A DNA stretch of 64,000 bases from Nanobdellota archaeon (GTDB taxonomy: Archaea; Nanobdellota; Nanobdellia; Pacearchaeales; GW2011-AR1). The notes beneath the pieces were generated by a model, which saw nothing but the letters and a program-made list of their open reading frames with translations, made no database searches and was not told the origin of the DNA. Below, piece after piece: positions 38,283-47,811 of the stretch. The first letter of the stretch is position 1. Every line of letters begins with the position of its first letter. A program made the position numbers and the translations under genes. The stretch lies in assembly GCA_038045705.1 (NCBI GenBank), contig JBBSXO010000006.1, forward strand, positions 32,001-96,000. Reading direction: 5' to 3'.

Positions 38283-40581
38283 AAAAGAAAGACCTAAAGA
38301 AAATACGGAATTTTTACCTTTAAAGATAGAAAACACCCCCAGTTATCTTAAAATAACAGACGGAATAAAAGAACCAATCTTTAGTAGAACAATTTATGCT
38401 CATGGATATCCTAGAAGTGTAGAAACTGGATTTTTGGACAAAATAATTAGCACAATGGGTAACTTTGATCTTTCTATGCACATTGAACCTTTTGATATAG
38501 AAACAATGATGATCTTTCTAAACAAAGAACTTCAAAAACAAGGCTCTGACCTCTATACAGCTAAGGCAAAAAACATTCTTAGCCCGAGTCTTGAGATAAA
38601 GTACAAAGACACAAAAGCAGTCTTAGAAAATCTCCAAAAAGGTAAGGATAAATTGTTTAACGTAAGTCTTTACATAAATTGTAGAGCTAAATCTAAAGAA
38701 GATCTGGATCTTTTAACTAAATTAATACAAGCCGAACTTAACTCGCTACTGATAATCCCTAAAGTACCAAATTTTAGGATGGCTCAGGGTTTCCAGTCAT
38801 CTTCTCCTTTAGCCATGAATAAACTTAAGCAAATAAGAAGTGTGCCTACTGAAGCATTATCTGCATTCTTTCCGTTTACTTCTTCATTTCTTCAAGCAGA
38901 TAAAACAGGAGTATGGTTAGGGCAAAATAAGAATAATATTCCCATAATAAAGGATATTTTCAATCTAAGTAACCCAAATGGTTTGTGTTTAGCTAGTTCG
39001 GGATCTGGTAAAAGCTATATGGCTAAACTCCTTATTTCACGTTATTTGCTTAATGGAACTAATGTAATGATAATTGACCCGCAAGGTGAGTACAAAGCTC
39101 TTGTAAAGCGATTTAATGGCCAATTAATCGATTTAAGCACGCACTCTGAGACAATAATTAATCCTTTAGATTTGATGGGTCATGACTATCCCGAAAAGCG
39201 TTTAGCTTTAATCGATTTGATGCATCTAATGCTTGGAGATCTTAGCGATCCACAAAAAGCTATTCTAGAAAAGGCAATAACAACATCTTATGAAGAAAGA
39301 GGAATTTATATGAATAAAGTAGTTTCTTGGAGCAGAAAGCCTCCAATCATTGAAGATGTTCTAAATGTATTGAAGAAAGATGAAAAGAAAGCTACTCAAA
39401 TAGAAAAGACTACAATAAGAAGCCTCATAAATCGTCTAGATGGTTATGTAAATGGAGTATTTTCTTTTCTTAATCAGGAAACTAAGATTAACTTTGATAA
39501 TCAATTTGTATGTTTTGATATAGGAAATCTGCCAAAACAAATCAAACCCCTAATGATGTTTATGGTTTTAGATTATATTTACATGAAAATGAAGAAAGAC
39601 TTGAATAGAAAACTCTTGGTTATCGATGAAGCTTGGGCACTTCTAAGGCAAACTCATGAAGCATCTTATGTATTTGAGATAGTAAAAACATGTCGTAAGT
39701 TCAATCTAGCTTTATTTTTGATTAATCAAGAAGTTGAAGGTATGCTTGATTCAGAAGCGGGTAAATCTGTGTTAGCAAATAGTTCTTACACTCTCTTAAT
39801 GCGTCAAAAGCCAGCCGTAATAAGAAATATTCAGAAAACATTTTTTCTAAGTGACTCAGAAGTCAACCATTTACTTACGGCTGGCGTGGGAGAAGGAATT
39901 TTGGTAATGGAGGATGATCATTCTGAAATAAAAATCATAGCTTCTCCTGAAGAACATAATATTATAACTACGAAGCCGGATGAGTTATTAACCAATCAAA
40001 AGAAAGTAAGTGAAAAAGAGCGTCTTCAGCTATTACAAGAACAATATGATTTACGGAAAGAAAAAAGAGACGAAAGACAAAAAATAGAAATAAAGATAGA
40101 CAAAGATGTAGGATGTGTTAAACTAAAAGACATATTAAAAGATGAAGTAAACTACCTCAAAAATTTAGGGTATAAGATTTACAGAAGTAAGAGCATCCTA
40201 AGCAATAAAACAGAAAGTTATTTGATAGAACAAAAGAAAACAGAAAGCCCGCAACATATTTTTATGGTAAAAGATATTTCAGACTATTTGAAAAAGTTTA
40301 CAGATAAGGTTAGAATATATGAAACTGTGCAACCAGATATAGTTTTCGAGATAAATGAAAAGAAATATGCTATTGAAGTGGAAACAGGTAGTTTATTAAA
40401 ATCAAATAAAAAAGCATTGAAAGATAAAATAGAATTACTAAATAAAAAATATAAAGATAGATGGTTTTTTGTCGTAACTAATAGAAATATTGCATCAAAA
40501 TATTCAGAATTAGGTAAAACTTATGATAAAAGATATATTAATACATTATTAAAACGCTTAATTGTAGAAAATAGCCAGTGA
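38272..40581 (+). CDS. virB4: VirB4-family ATPase with C-terminal PD-(D/E)xK-like nuclease domain
   Basis: Walker A ASSGSGKS, IIDPQGEY, INPLD, Walker B VIDEAW, RKFN, Q; tail ESPQH...PDIVF...AIEVETG. Confidence 0.88.
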   Translation: MLSKKERPKENTEFLPLKIENTPSYLKITDGIKEPIFSRTIYAHGYPRSVETGFLDKIISTMGNFDLSMHIEPFDIETMMIFLNKELQKQGSDLYTAKAKNILSPSLEIKYKDTKAVLENLQKGKDKLFNVSLYINCRAKSKEDLDLLTKLIQAELNSLLIIPKVPNFRMAQGFQSSSPLAMNKLKQIRSVPTEALSAFFPFTSSFLQADKTGVWLGQNKNNIPIIKDIFNLSNPNGLCLASSGSGKSYMAKLLISRYLLNGTNVMIIDPQGEYKALVKRFNGQLIDLSTHSETIINPLDLMGHDYPEKRLALIDLMHLMLGDLSDPQKAILEKAITTSYEERGIYMNKVVSWSRKPPIIEDVLNVLKKDEKKATQIEKTTIRSLINRLDGYVNGVFSFLNQETKINFDNQFVCFDIGNLPKQIKPLMMFMVLDYIYMKMKKDLNRKLLVIDEAWALLRQTHEASYVFEIVKTCRKFNLALFLINQEVEGMLDSEAGKSVLANSSYTLLMRQKPAVIRNIQKTFFLSDSEVNHLLTAGVGEGILVMEDDHSEIKIIASPEEHNIITTKPDELLTNQKKVSEKERLQLLQEQYDLRKEKRDERQKIEIKIDKDVGCVKLKDILKDEVNYLKNLGYKIYRSKSILSNKTESYLIEQKKTESPQHIFMVKDISDYLKKFTDKVRIYETVQPDIVFEINEKKYAIEVETGSLLKSNKKALKDKIELLNKKYKDRWFFVVTNRNIASKYSELGKTYDKRYINTLLKRLIVENSQ

Positions 40582-40696
40582 CTGCATTGAGTCACCTAGA
40601 TTTTCATGAAAAAGGAGCATTTTTTAGCATTTTGTCGACTATTATATTTTATTGCTCTCTAAAAAAGTCACTAAAAGAATTAGCCCTTTCTTTAGT

Positions 40697-42265
40697 TTAA
40701 ATTACAGTAAATTCAAAAGCATCAGAAATAGAAACTACATTACCATTAGAGTCTAAAGTAACAAATGATGTATAAAAGGTAGAATTGCTTAGAGAAGGAA
40801 TATTAGGTATTGCTAAGGTAACTTTAGATTGATTGATTCTCAATCTTCCAATAGAATTATATAAACCAATACTTTGGGGATTAGTTAAAGATGTTTGTAA
40901 TAAAGGGGTGTTGTCTAAAGGAGTTATTCTTCCATCAGGCAGTGTAACTCCTTGGGAAATATTTGTAGACATTCCTAAAACATAATTTGCTTTAAGGTCG
41001 TAAGATTCCTGTAATAAGAAGTTAACGCTTGATCCAACTCTTGGACTTCCAAGCATAACAATATTAGAAGGATTAAGAGATCTCTGGTATTTTACTCTTG
41101 CAGTTCTATATTGACCTTCATGCCATACTATATGTATATTTCCTTGTCTATCTGAAGCAAATTTTGGCGAATAAATTTGTCCTGCTCCCATAATAGTTGG
41201 ACCAATAATAATATTTCCAAGAGAATCTAATTGGCTAAATACTCTGCCTTGTCCAAATATACCTATACGCCCAAGAGAGTTAACTACGATTCCATCATTT
41301 CCAACATTTGGTAAAACTAATTTCTTATTTATTAAAAATGTACCATTGCTGTTTATTTTAGATAAATAGATACCAGAAGCATTATTATAATCAGAATTCC
41401 AAGAAAAGATAACATTATTTTGTTTATCGATTGCAATTGCTGGATAATCAGAGCCACCCATACCAATATCTAATTGAGAACCATTTATTAGTACATTTCC
41501 GAACTGATCTATGTAAGAATACTTAACATGAGCAACCCTGCTAGTAGAATTAGCAACAAACTCTTCCATCCACATCAAATAAGAAAAACCATTATTATCT
41601 GTAGCTAGCTTAATAACTAAAGGTTCGAAAATGCCTGCATTATAGACAGAATATATTGGAACTAAAAGATTACCTTGATTGTCGAACTTTCCATAGTAAA
41701 CATCATGATCTCCGCGCCAAGCGACATTTATGTTTCCGAGATTATCAACAGATAACTGCGGGTCTCCAGTTCCACTTCCAGGCAATAAAACTCCATTTAC
41801 TGCAATAGTACCATTAGCATAAAGCCGTGTATATCTAGTACCATGAAGAGTACTTCCAATCAAATCATACATCCATACAATATGAATATTATCAAATTTA
41901 TCCACAGCAATTGAAGAGAAGAATCCATAAGTGCTATTAAAATTGGTTAATTGTTGGTTACTAATAATTGTATTTCCAAATTTATCTAATTTGGTATAAA
42001 ATACTTCTCCGATGATATTTGACAATTTTTGCATCCAAATAATATGCACGTTCCCTTGAGAATCTGTAGCTATAGATGGGTCTGCTGCAGTTAAAGTCAA
42101 ATTAAGTAGAGAAATTAGAGATTCATTACTCCAATGTATTTGGGGTTCAATAGCTGAAGCTGGGGAAAGCAGAGGATAAGATGTAAAAAATCCTATTGCA
42201 ACTAAAATAAAAATTAATGCTACCAGATTCTTATTTTTCTTCATAAAACTCCAGAAATTAATCAT
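40697..42265 (-). CDS. Secreted beta-propeller-like repeat protein
   Basis: Signal peptide; repeated P-x-I-A-x-D-x-x-G-N-x-H-I-x-W units; distinct C-terminal beta domain. Confidence 0.75.
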   Translation of the reverse strand: MINFWSFMKKNKNLVALIFILVAIGFFTSYPLLSPASAIEPQIHWSNESLISLLNLTLTAADPSIATDSQGNVHIIWMQKLSNIIGEVFYTKLDKFGNTIISNQQLTNFNSTYGFFSSIAVDKFDNIHIVWMYDLIGSTLHGTRYTRLYANGTIAVNGVLLPGSGTGDPQLSVDNLGNINVAWRGDHDVYYGKFDNQGNLLVPIYSVYNAGIFEPLVIKLATDNNGFSYLMWMEEFVANSTSRVAHVKYSYIDQFGNVLINGSQLDIGMGGSDYPAIAIDKQNNVIFSWNSDYNNASGIYLSKINSNGTFLINKKLVLPNVGNDGIVVNSLGRIGIFGQGRVFSQLDSLGNIIIGPTIMGAGQIYSPKFASDRQGNIHIVWHEGQYRTARVKYQRSLNPSNIVMLGSPRVGSSVNFLLQESYDLKANYVLGMSTNISQGVTLPDGRITPLDNTPLLQTSLTNPQSIGLYNSIGRLRINQSKVTLAIPNIPSLSNSTFYTSFVTLDSNGNVVSISDAFEFTVI

Positions 42266-42283
42266 ATTTAAAGCCTATTATCT

Positions 42284-42655
42284 TCAAGGTATTGTATAAA
42301 ATCCTCTACCGTCTACATCTAAATCGCCAAAGGGATCAGGGTGGAAAGCTATTGTTCTTGTTTCCATTTCTGTGTTAATATCATCTCTTATTGCTACATC
42401 TAAGTCTGTAATTCGATTGACCGTTCCTCTAAATTGTCTTTCACACTTTCCCGCTTCTAAAATTGCTATGTAATTAGTATACCCATCTTCTGAATATATT
42501 TTATAAGCATAATCAACATCAATTATTCCATTAGCTTGGCATCTTGGGTTTATAGTTATATTAGCGCTTGGTTGTGCTTGAACTGCAATTATTGTCACTC
42601 CTATAAATAATATCATTCCTAAAAAATATAGTATTTGATTTTTCATAATGGACAA
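42284..42655 (-). CDS. Secreted hypothetical protein
   Basis: Signal peptide ending AVQA. Confidence 0.65.
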   Translation of the reverse strand: MSIMKNQILYFLGMILFIGVTIIAVQAQPSANITINPRCQANGIIDVDYAYKIYSEDGYTNYIAILEAGKCERQFRGTVNRITDLDVAIRDDINTEMETRTIAFHPDPFGDLDVDGRGFYTIP

Positions 42656-44331
42656 ACTCCTGCCGTGTTATCTATCCAAGACAGACCCCCGTTGTTGCAA
42701 TAGACTAACGCTTGATTAGTAGTAGGAGTTTTATTTAAAGGTACCCATGCAGTTGAGTTCCAATAAATTACACTTCGATTCACTCTAGTCCATTGGCTTT
42801 CAACAGTTAGAGATTTATTTAAGCAATTTCCACCAGTTACACAAATATCTTTTGTATTGTTTAGTGGATTCCTCAATGCAATTTTATAACTATCTAAGTA
42901 TGTAGAAGCTACATTATCTTGAGCATTTAATTCTAATGTTTGTTGCGCAACATTATTTGTGAATACCCAATTACCTGTAAAAGAAGCATTACCTAAAGAT
43001 AGTTGAGAATTTGCAGTATCAGTAGGTAATATGTATAATCCGTTTGCTATTCCTCCTACATTAAGAGTTCCATTTCCACCAGTCATTTTTATCAGCGGAA
43101 TTCCAAATATTGATACAAGCGTTGTTGTTACATCAAATGTAGTTGCAGAAAGTGCTACACCAGCTTGTGAATCATCTAATCTTAATTTTTTTCCAAATAT
43201 TCTATCTAAAACTGTTAAATCTTGTGTAGAGAAGTTTAATCCAACGTAAGAAGAAGCATTTACAACTCCGTTAACTATAACTGATCCATTAACATGAAAT
43301 TTTTCCTGAGGGTTAACAGTTCCAATGCCAACTTTTCCATCGCTTTTCCATGACATTATTCCGTTTAATTGACTTCCACTACGATTGTTGGATACATCTA
43401 GTTTCAAAAGACCAACCCCAGGATGATTAACAAATGCATAAGTCAATGGATTAAGCTCATTTATAGCTCCAGACAATAGTAAAGTTGCAGCACCATCTGC
43501 TATCTGTGAACCAGTAAATCCAGTATGGCCTCCCATTATATTAAGAGTTCCCCTTCCATTAGTGCCGTTTCCAGCAATTAATATCTGAGAACGAATATCA
43601 GTTCCCTCGTTAGTTGTAACCTTTATGCCCCCAGTAGCATTTCCATTCCATATAGTTAATATATGATCTGGAGTTGTAAGACCAATTCCTATTTTTGAAC
43701 CACTTTGAAAAATAGCAGAACTATTCAAACCAGTAGTAGAATTCCATCTAGAAATATATCCAGAAATCCCTTGACCAGTTAAAGTTCCCGTAGAAGGAAG
43801 ATTTGTTAATTGTGATCCGTCACCAATAAAGTATGGAGAGGTAACTCTTTCGGAAAAGTATCCTGATTTAGCGCTAACATTGTTAGTAATATTTATGTTC
43901 TTTCTATTCTCTGAGAAAAGAAGGTTGTCGCTTTCATTAATTGCCCAAATAATATTACCTTTTATTACTCTTATAACTAAATCTCCCGTCTGAGCAATGG
44001 AAGAGTAATGCCCTGCAGCTAAAGCAAGCCCTAAGTTAGCAAGAATGCTCGTCTCGTTCTTAAAACCAAGAGCAGGAGAATTTGATTGTGCTTGCGCACC
44101 AGCTATTGTAAGACCCTCACCAGGTCTTTGAACATTTATGCTATGATAATTTGAAGTCATATTTTCAGCTGTGAAGTTTCCGTTGCGGAAAATAATATTT
44201 CCAGCAGAAACAGATGTAATGAAGAAAGACAGAATAAGAAGAGAAATAATAGATTTTAATCCATTCCCCTTCATATACGGAAGTGTCTTCTCATATTTAT
44301 ATATGTTGTGTTTAAAATATGACATTTTCAT
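42643..44331 (-). CDS. Secreted fibre/adhesin-like protein
   Basis: Signal peptide (likely start MKGNGLK), FIGDGSQLTNL, KIGIGLTTP and KVGIGTVNPQEKFHVNG repeats typical of fibre-like beta proteins. Confidence 0.7.
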   Translation of the reverse strand: MKMSYFKHNIYKYEKTLPYMKGNGLKSIISLLILSFFITSVSAGNIIFRNGNFTAENMTSNYHSINVQRPGEGLTIAGAQAQSNSPALGFKNETSILANLGLALAAGHYSSIAQTGDLVIRVIKGNIIWAINESDNLLFSENRKNINITNNVSAKSGYFSERVTSPYFIGDGSQLTNLPSTGTLTGQGISGYISRWNSTTGLNSSAIFQSGSKIGIGLTTPDHILTIWNGNATGGIKVTTNEGTDIRSQILIAGNGTNGRGTLNIMGGHTGFTGSQIADGAATLLLSGAINELNPLTYAFVNHPGVGLLKLDVSNNRSGSQLNGIMSWKSDGKVGIGTVNPQEKFHVNGSVIVNGVVNASSYVGLNFSTQDLTVLDRIFGKKLRLDDSQAGVALSATTFDVTTTLVSIFGIPLIKMTGGNGTLNVGGIANGLYILPTDTANSQLSLGNASFTGNWVFTNNVAQQTLELNAQDNVASTYLDSYKIALRNPLNNTKDICVTGGNCLNKSLTVESQWTRVNRSVIYWNSTAWVPLNKTPTTNQALVYCNNGGLSWIDNTAGVCPL

Positions 44332-47300
44332 ATAATCCTCCAGTTAAGCAAAGATTTCCGTTAAAGTCAATGTAACTCATATTGTATCCAGTTAAATTCT
44401 GTATGAGAAAAGAATCTCTTATAGGATTACATGAACTTATCATATCTGAACAGGTTCCAGATTCTAAGCACATATTACCAGTAGTGTCAATGTAAGCTGT
44501 AGAGCTATCTGTAGAATTTCCGATAACCAAAGAACCGTTAGGTGCAACGCAGTTGCTTGATATCGAACAAGTACCTTTAAGAGCAATATTGCCCCAGTCT
44601 CCTAACCATGCAACATTTGATGCAGTTGAGTCTTGTATTAGAAATTTATTAGTGTCATTTCTCATTGGATTAAGAGTTACAGAATTAGAGGGAGAGTAAT
44701 AAGCCGAGTAAGTATTGCTTCCATTAACATCTATCGATCTGCATGAGAAAATAACTGGGTATTCTGGAGCGATGGAATTAAAGTTCCAATTTAACGTTTG
44801 ACTAGCCGTATGATTTCCTATACTATGGAATGCTAAATCATAAAATGCATTTATATTATAAGTGATATTATCATTTTCAGCATCGGTAGACCCAGAACAG
44901 TTGAGATTCATGCTATAATAAAAAGTATTTGTTGAACATGCAGCACCATTACAAAGAAGAGAAGTTGGAGTAGTTGGAGGAGTATTGTAAGTGCAGTTAA
45001 GACTACAACTTCCAGTACCAGCAACAACACCATTACACTGACTGTCTGCTGTACATCCAGTAGCAAAACTTGAAGATCTACAAACATTGTCTCCCCTATC
45101 TTCTCCACTAGCACTAGAAGAACATTTATCTGCAAAATAAGTTAGAGCACTAGCACAGGTTGTTATATTACTGCCTGAAGAAAGTCCATCACATAATGGT
45201 TGTGCACAAGAACATCCAGTTTCTCCACATTCAAAGACTGAAGTTACATCCTGATAACCACATACACTACTACATTCTTCTTCATAATAAGAAATTCCAG
45301 AACACAAATTCAAATCATCTCCTGTTTGTCGTTCATCACAACTAGATATTCCTAAAGTAGTAGAAAATTCGCAATAATTTGTTTCCTGACTGTCAAAATA
45401 GCCATTATACGGACTAAAACACCAACCATCATCACTTAAACCAACACCATCATTATCACAAAAGTTTGATTGACATTGAGCACTAGAAGTGCAAGATTGC
45501 CCATTGGATAAATCAGAAACACAACTCCAAGTATTCCAGCTACCAGATTTATTACAAAATTGATTTGAAGCACAGTCACTATTACTATAGCAATTCAAAA
45601 CATAAATGTAAGGGTTATTTGTATATGAAGGGTTAAATGGATCAAAACCAGTGGTACACCAATAAGATGAAGTGTCATCGTAACCTATAATCTCTTCAAA
45701 GTGTGCTGTTGCAGGAGCATTAGTTACATTTATCACGCCCTGATTGCCCGATAGTGGATTTCCACCACAGCCACCAGAACCACAACTACTTGGATTAATA
45801 TCATAATAAACATCTTGAGCATCAACTGCTTTCCAACCAACTTTATAATTTCCTATAGTATAGGGGTCACTATTATCAACTACTTGTCCCCAAGAAATGT
45901 TATTTACATTACTATACACATTTATAGCAACAGTTACATCACAATTTCCAAAACTATTAGTTGTACAATATTCATAACCTGGCTCCGTACATGTAGAATT
46001 TCCACCACCAGCGCCACTACAAGAAGCATCATTAACACATCTTGTCTGCGCATTACAACCTGAAGGAGTACAAGTTCTTGTTTCTAATCTTTGACCCTCT
46101 CCACATCCCCCTCCACCACAAGAACCAGAAACCCAGTTACTACATTGACAACTTGAACTAAGAACACTAACCCATATAGGATTTGTATAAGTTCTATAAG
46201 TTCCCCCAGATCCAATGCATTCAGCCCTAAAATATGTATCTCCAGGATTTGCAAGAGCTAGATTGGGCAAAGTAATGGGGCTTGAACTGCCACTGATATT
46301 AACGGGTCCATAATGAGTCAATTCAAGATTACTCCCAATTGTTGATTTGTAAACTCTAAGAGTACATGAATGATCTAAATCATAAGTTATCCTCATATTC
46401 AAAATATCATTGGTATTTGCACTAACTTCTCCACCCATTTGAGTCCATGTTGATTGAGAATTCTTTTTTGCTTCTATTATAACATATCCATTATTAGACA
46501 CAACATTCGTTCCAGCAGCTAAAGCAGATTGAATATTAGAATGGGTGATGGTGGAAGCTGGAACATAGTTATAATTTATGTCAGAAACATGTCCATGTTC
46601 ATCGGTGCCCCCATATGCATAAACGCGCTCATCTTGTTGCAAGAGATTATACCATGCATTAAAATTATCAGCATCATCATCAAGGCTATCAGAAGTGAAA
46701 TTTCCATTCCAAATTTCAACCCCATCATATCCCGAAACAGAATATATTGATTCAAAATCAAGAAAAGTAGTGGTGCTGGATGAAGGATGAGGGTGATTAA
46801 GAATGGAGATACCACCTTGGCTAGCAATAGAATTAACTCCGCTTTGAGCAGATGGGCCCGAAGGGCAATGAACTGCAGAAGGTGTTTGAGATATCAAACT
46901 GCTTAGCCCATATCCTCCAATATGAGCCTCTCCTGGACCAGTTGAACCAGTATAACAACTAAAAAGATTTTCATTATCCCCAGAAATATCCTGAGTGCTT
47001 AATTCTTCTCCCATAAGACAAGTAAATGTACTATTTCGGGCATTCACACAATCATTTCTTACTGTACCAAACTCACCAGCATCAATACAATAACTGTGAT
47101 CTGAAAATCCAAGATAATCTAGTCCTAAATTTGCAGCTTCATCTGCTAATTCTTGAACTTCATAACCTATCAAATGTCCTTCAAGACCTATGGGGAGGCA
47201 GTTATCTGAATTTGTAAATGGATTGCTATCATATCCACCCACTGTGCTAAATCCAGTATGTTGATGTAGACTCCCTTTATAAAAATTAATTGCCAAACCA

Positions 47301-47362
47301 TCCTCAGAAAACAAGATCACTGTAAGAATAATAAAAATAAAGACGACATAATTTATCTTCAT
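44312..47362 (-). CDS. Secreted PHP-type metallohydrolase fused to Cys-rich and repeat domains
   Basis: HQHT, SDH, GEE, NHP, VEIWNG and GGTDEH metal ligands; long Cys-rich region; three C-terminal repeats. Confidence 0.8.
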   Translation of the reverse strand: MKINYVVFIFIILTVILFSEDGLAINFYKGSLHQHTGFSTVGGYDSNPFTNSDNCLPIGLEGHLIGYEVQELADEAANLGLDYLGFSDHSYCIDAGEFGTVRNDCVNARNSTFTCLMGEELSTQDISGDNENLFSCYTGSTGPGEAHIGGYGLSSLISQTPSAVHCPSGPSAQSGVNSIASQGGISILNHPHPSSSTTTFLDFESIYSVSGYDGVEIWNGNFTSDSLDDDADNFNAWYNLLQQDERVYAYGGTDEHGHVSDINYNYVPASTITHSNIQSALAAGTNVVSNNGYVIIEAKKNSQSTWTQMGGEVSANTNDILNMRITYDLDHSCTLRVYKSTIGSNLELTHYGPVNISGSSSPITLPNLALANPGDTYFRAECIGSGGTYRTYTNPIWVSVLSSSCQCSNWVSGSCGGGGCGEGQRLETRTCTPSGCNAQTRCVNDASCSGAGGGNSTCTEPGYEYCTTNSFGNCDVTVAINVYSNVNNISWGQVVDNSDPYTIGNYKVGWKAVDAQDVYYDINPSSCGSGGCGGNPLSGNQGVINVTNAPATAHFEEIIGYDDTSSYWCTTGFDPFNPSYTNNPYIYVLNCYSNSDCASNQFCNKSGSWNTWSCVSDLSNGQSCTSSAQCQSNFCDNDGVGLSDDGWCFSPYNGYFDSQETNYCEFSTTLGISSCDERQTGDDLNLCSGISYYEEECSSVCGYQDVTSVFECGETGCSCAQPLCDGLSSGSNITTCASALTYFADKCSSSASGEDRGDNVCRSSSFATGCTADSQCNGVVAGTGSCSLNCTYNTPPTTPTSLLCNGAACSTNTFYYSMNLNCSGSTDAENDNITYNINAFYDLAFHSIGNHTASQTLNWNFNSIAPEYPVIFSCRSIDVNGSNTYSAYYSPSNSVTLNPMRNDTNKFLIQDSTASNVAWLGDWGNIALKGTCSISSNCVAPNGSLVIGNSTDSSTAYIDTTGNMCLESGTCSDMISSCNPIRDSFLIQNLTGYNMSYIDFNGNLCLTGGLYENVIF

Positions 47363-47808
47363 TTCCTATCCTCATAAATCTTCCAAATTAAGGCTAGCGC
47401 CGAAAAAATTAATAAAGAAATCCCTACAAAATAAGCCATCCTGAGATTAGAACTTGCTTCAAGCAAAAATCTCGAAAAATTGGAATTCAAAGCAACTCCT
47501 ATGGGCCAAAATGAAGTAGCAATTACACTGATTAAAATAAGTTCTTTACTTTCATCTTTAGCTCTTTTTAATAAAATTAAGAGTATCCATGGAAGAATCA
47601 ACCAAAATATCAAATTTACTATTAATACTTCTGGAATAATAATTAAAGATTCACCACCTCTAGTTCCAAAAACTGTTTGAGAAATTAGAGTTGCAATTAA
47701 TCCTGGAATGAATGTCACTAAAATCACTAAATCGCTCTTTGAAAATAAAAATCCTGCTAAAATAAAAATAAATGCACAGCACAAAACCAGATAAATTTTA
47801 TTCTTCAT
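47359..47808 (-). CDS. Membrane protein
   Basis: About four hydrophobic helices; overlaps the next gene. Confidence 0.7.
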   Translation of the reverse strand: MKNKIYLVLCCAFIFILAGFLFSKSDLVILVTFIPGLIATLISQTVFGTRGGESLIIIPEVLIVNLIFWLILPWILLILLKRAKDESKELILISVIATSFWPIGVALNSNFSRFLLEASSNLRMAYFVGISLLIFSALALIWKIYEDRK

Positions 47809-47811
47809 TTA

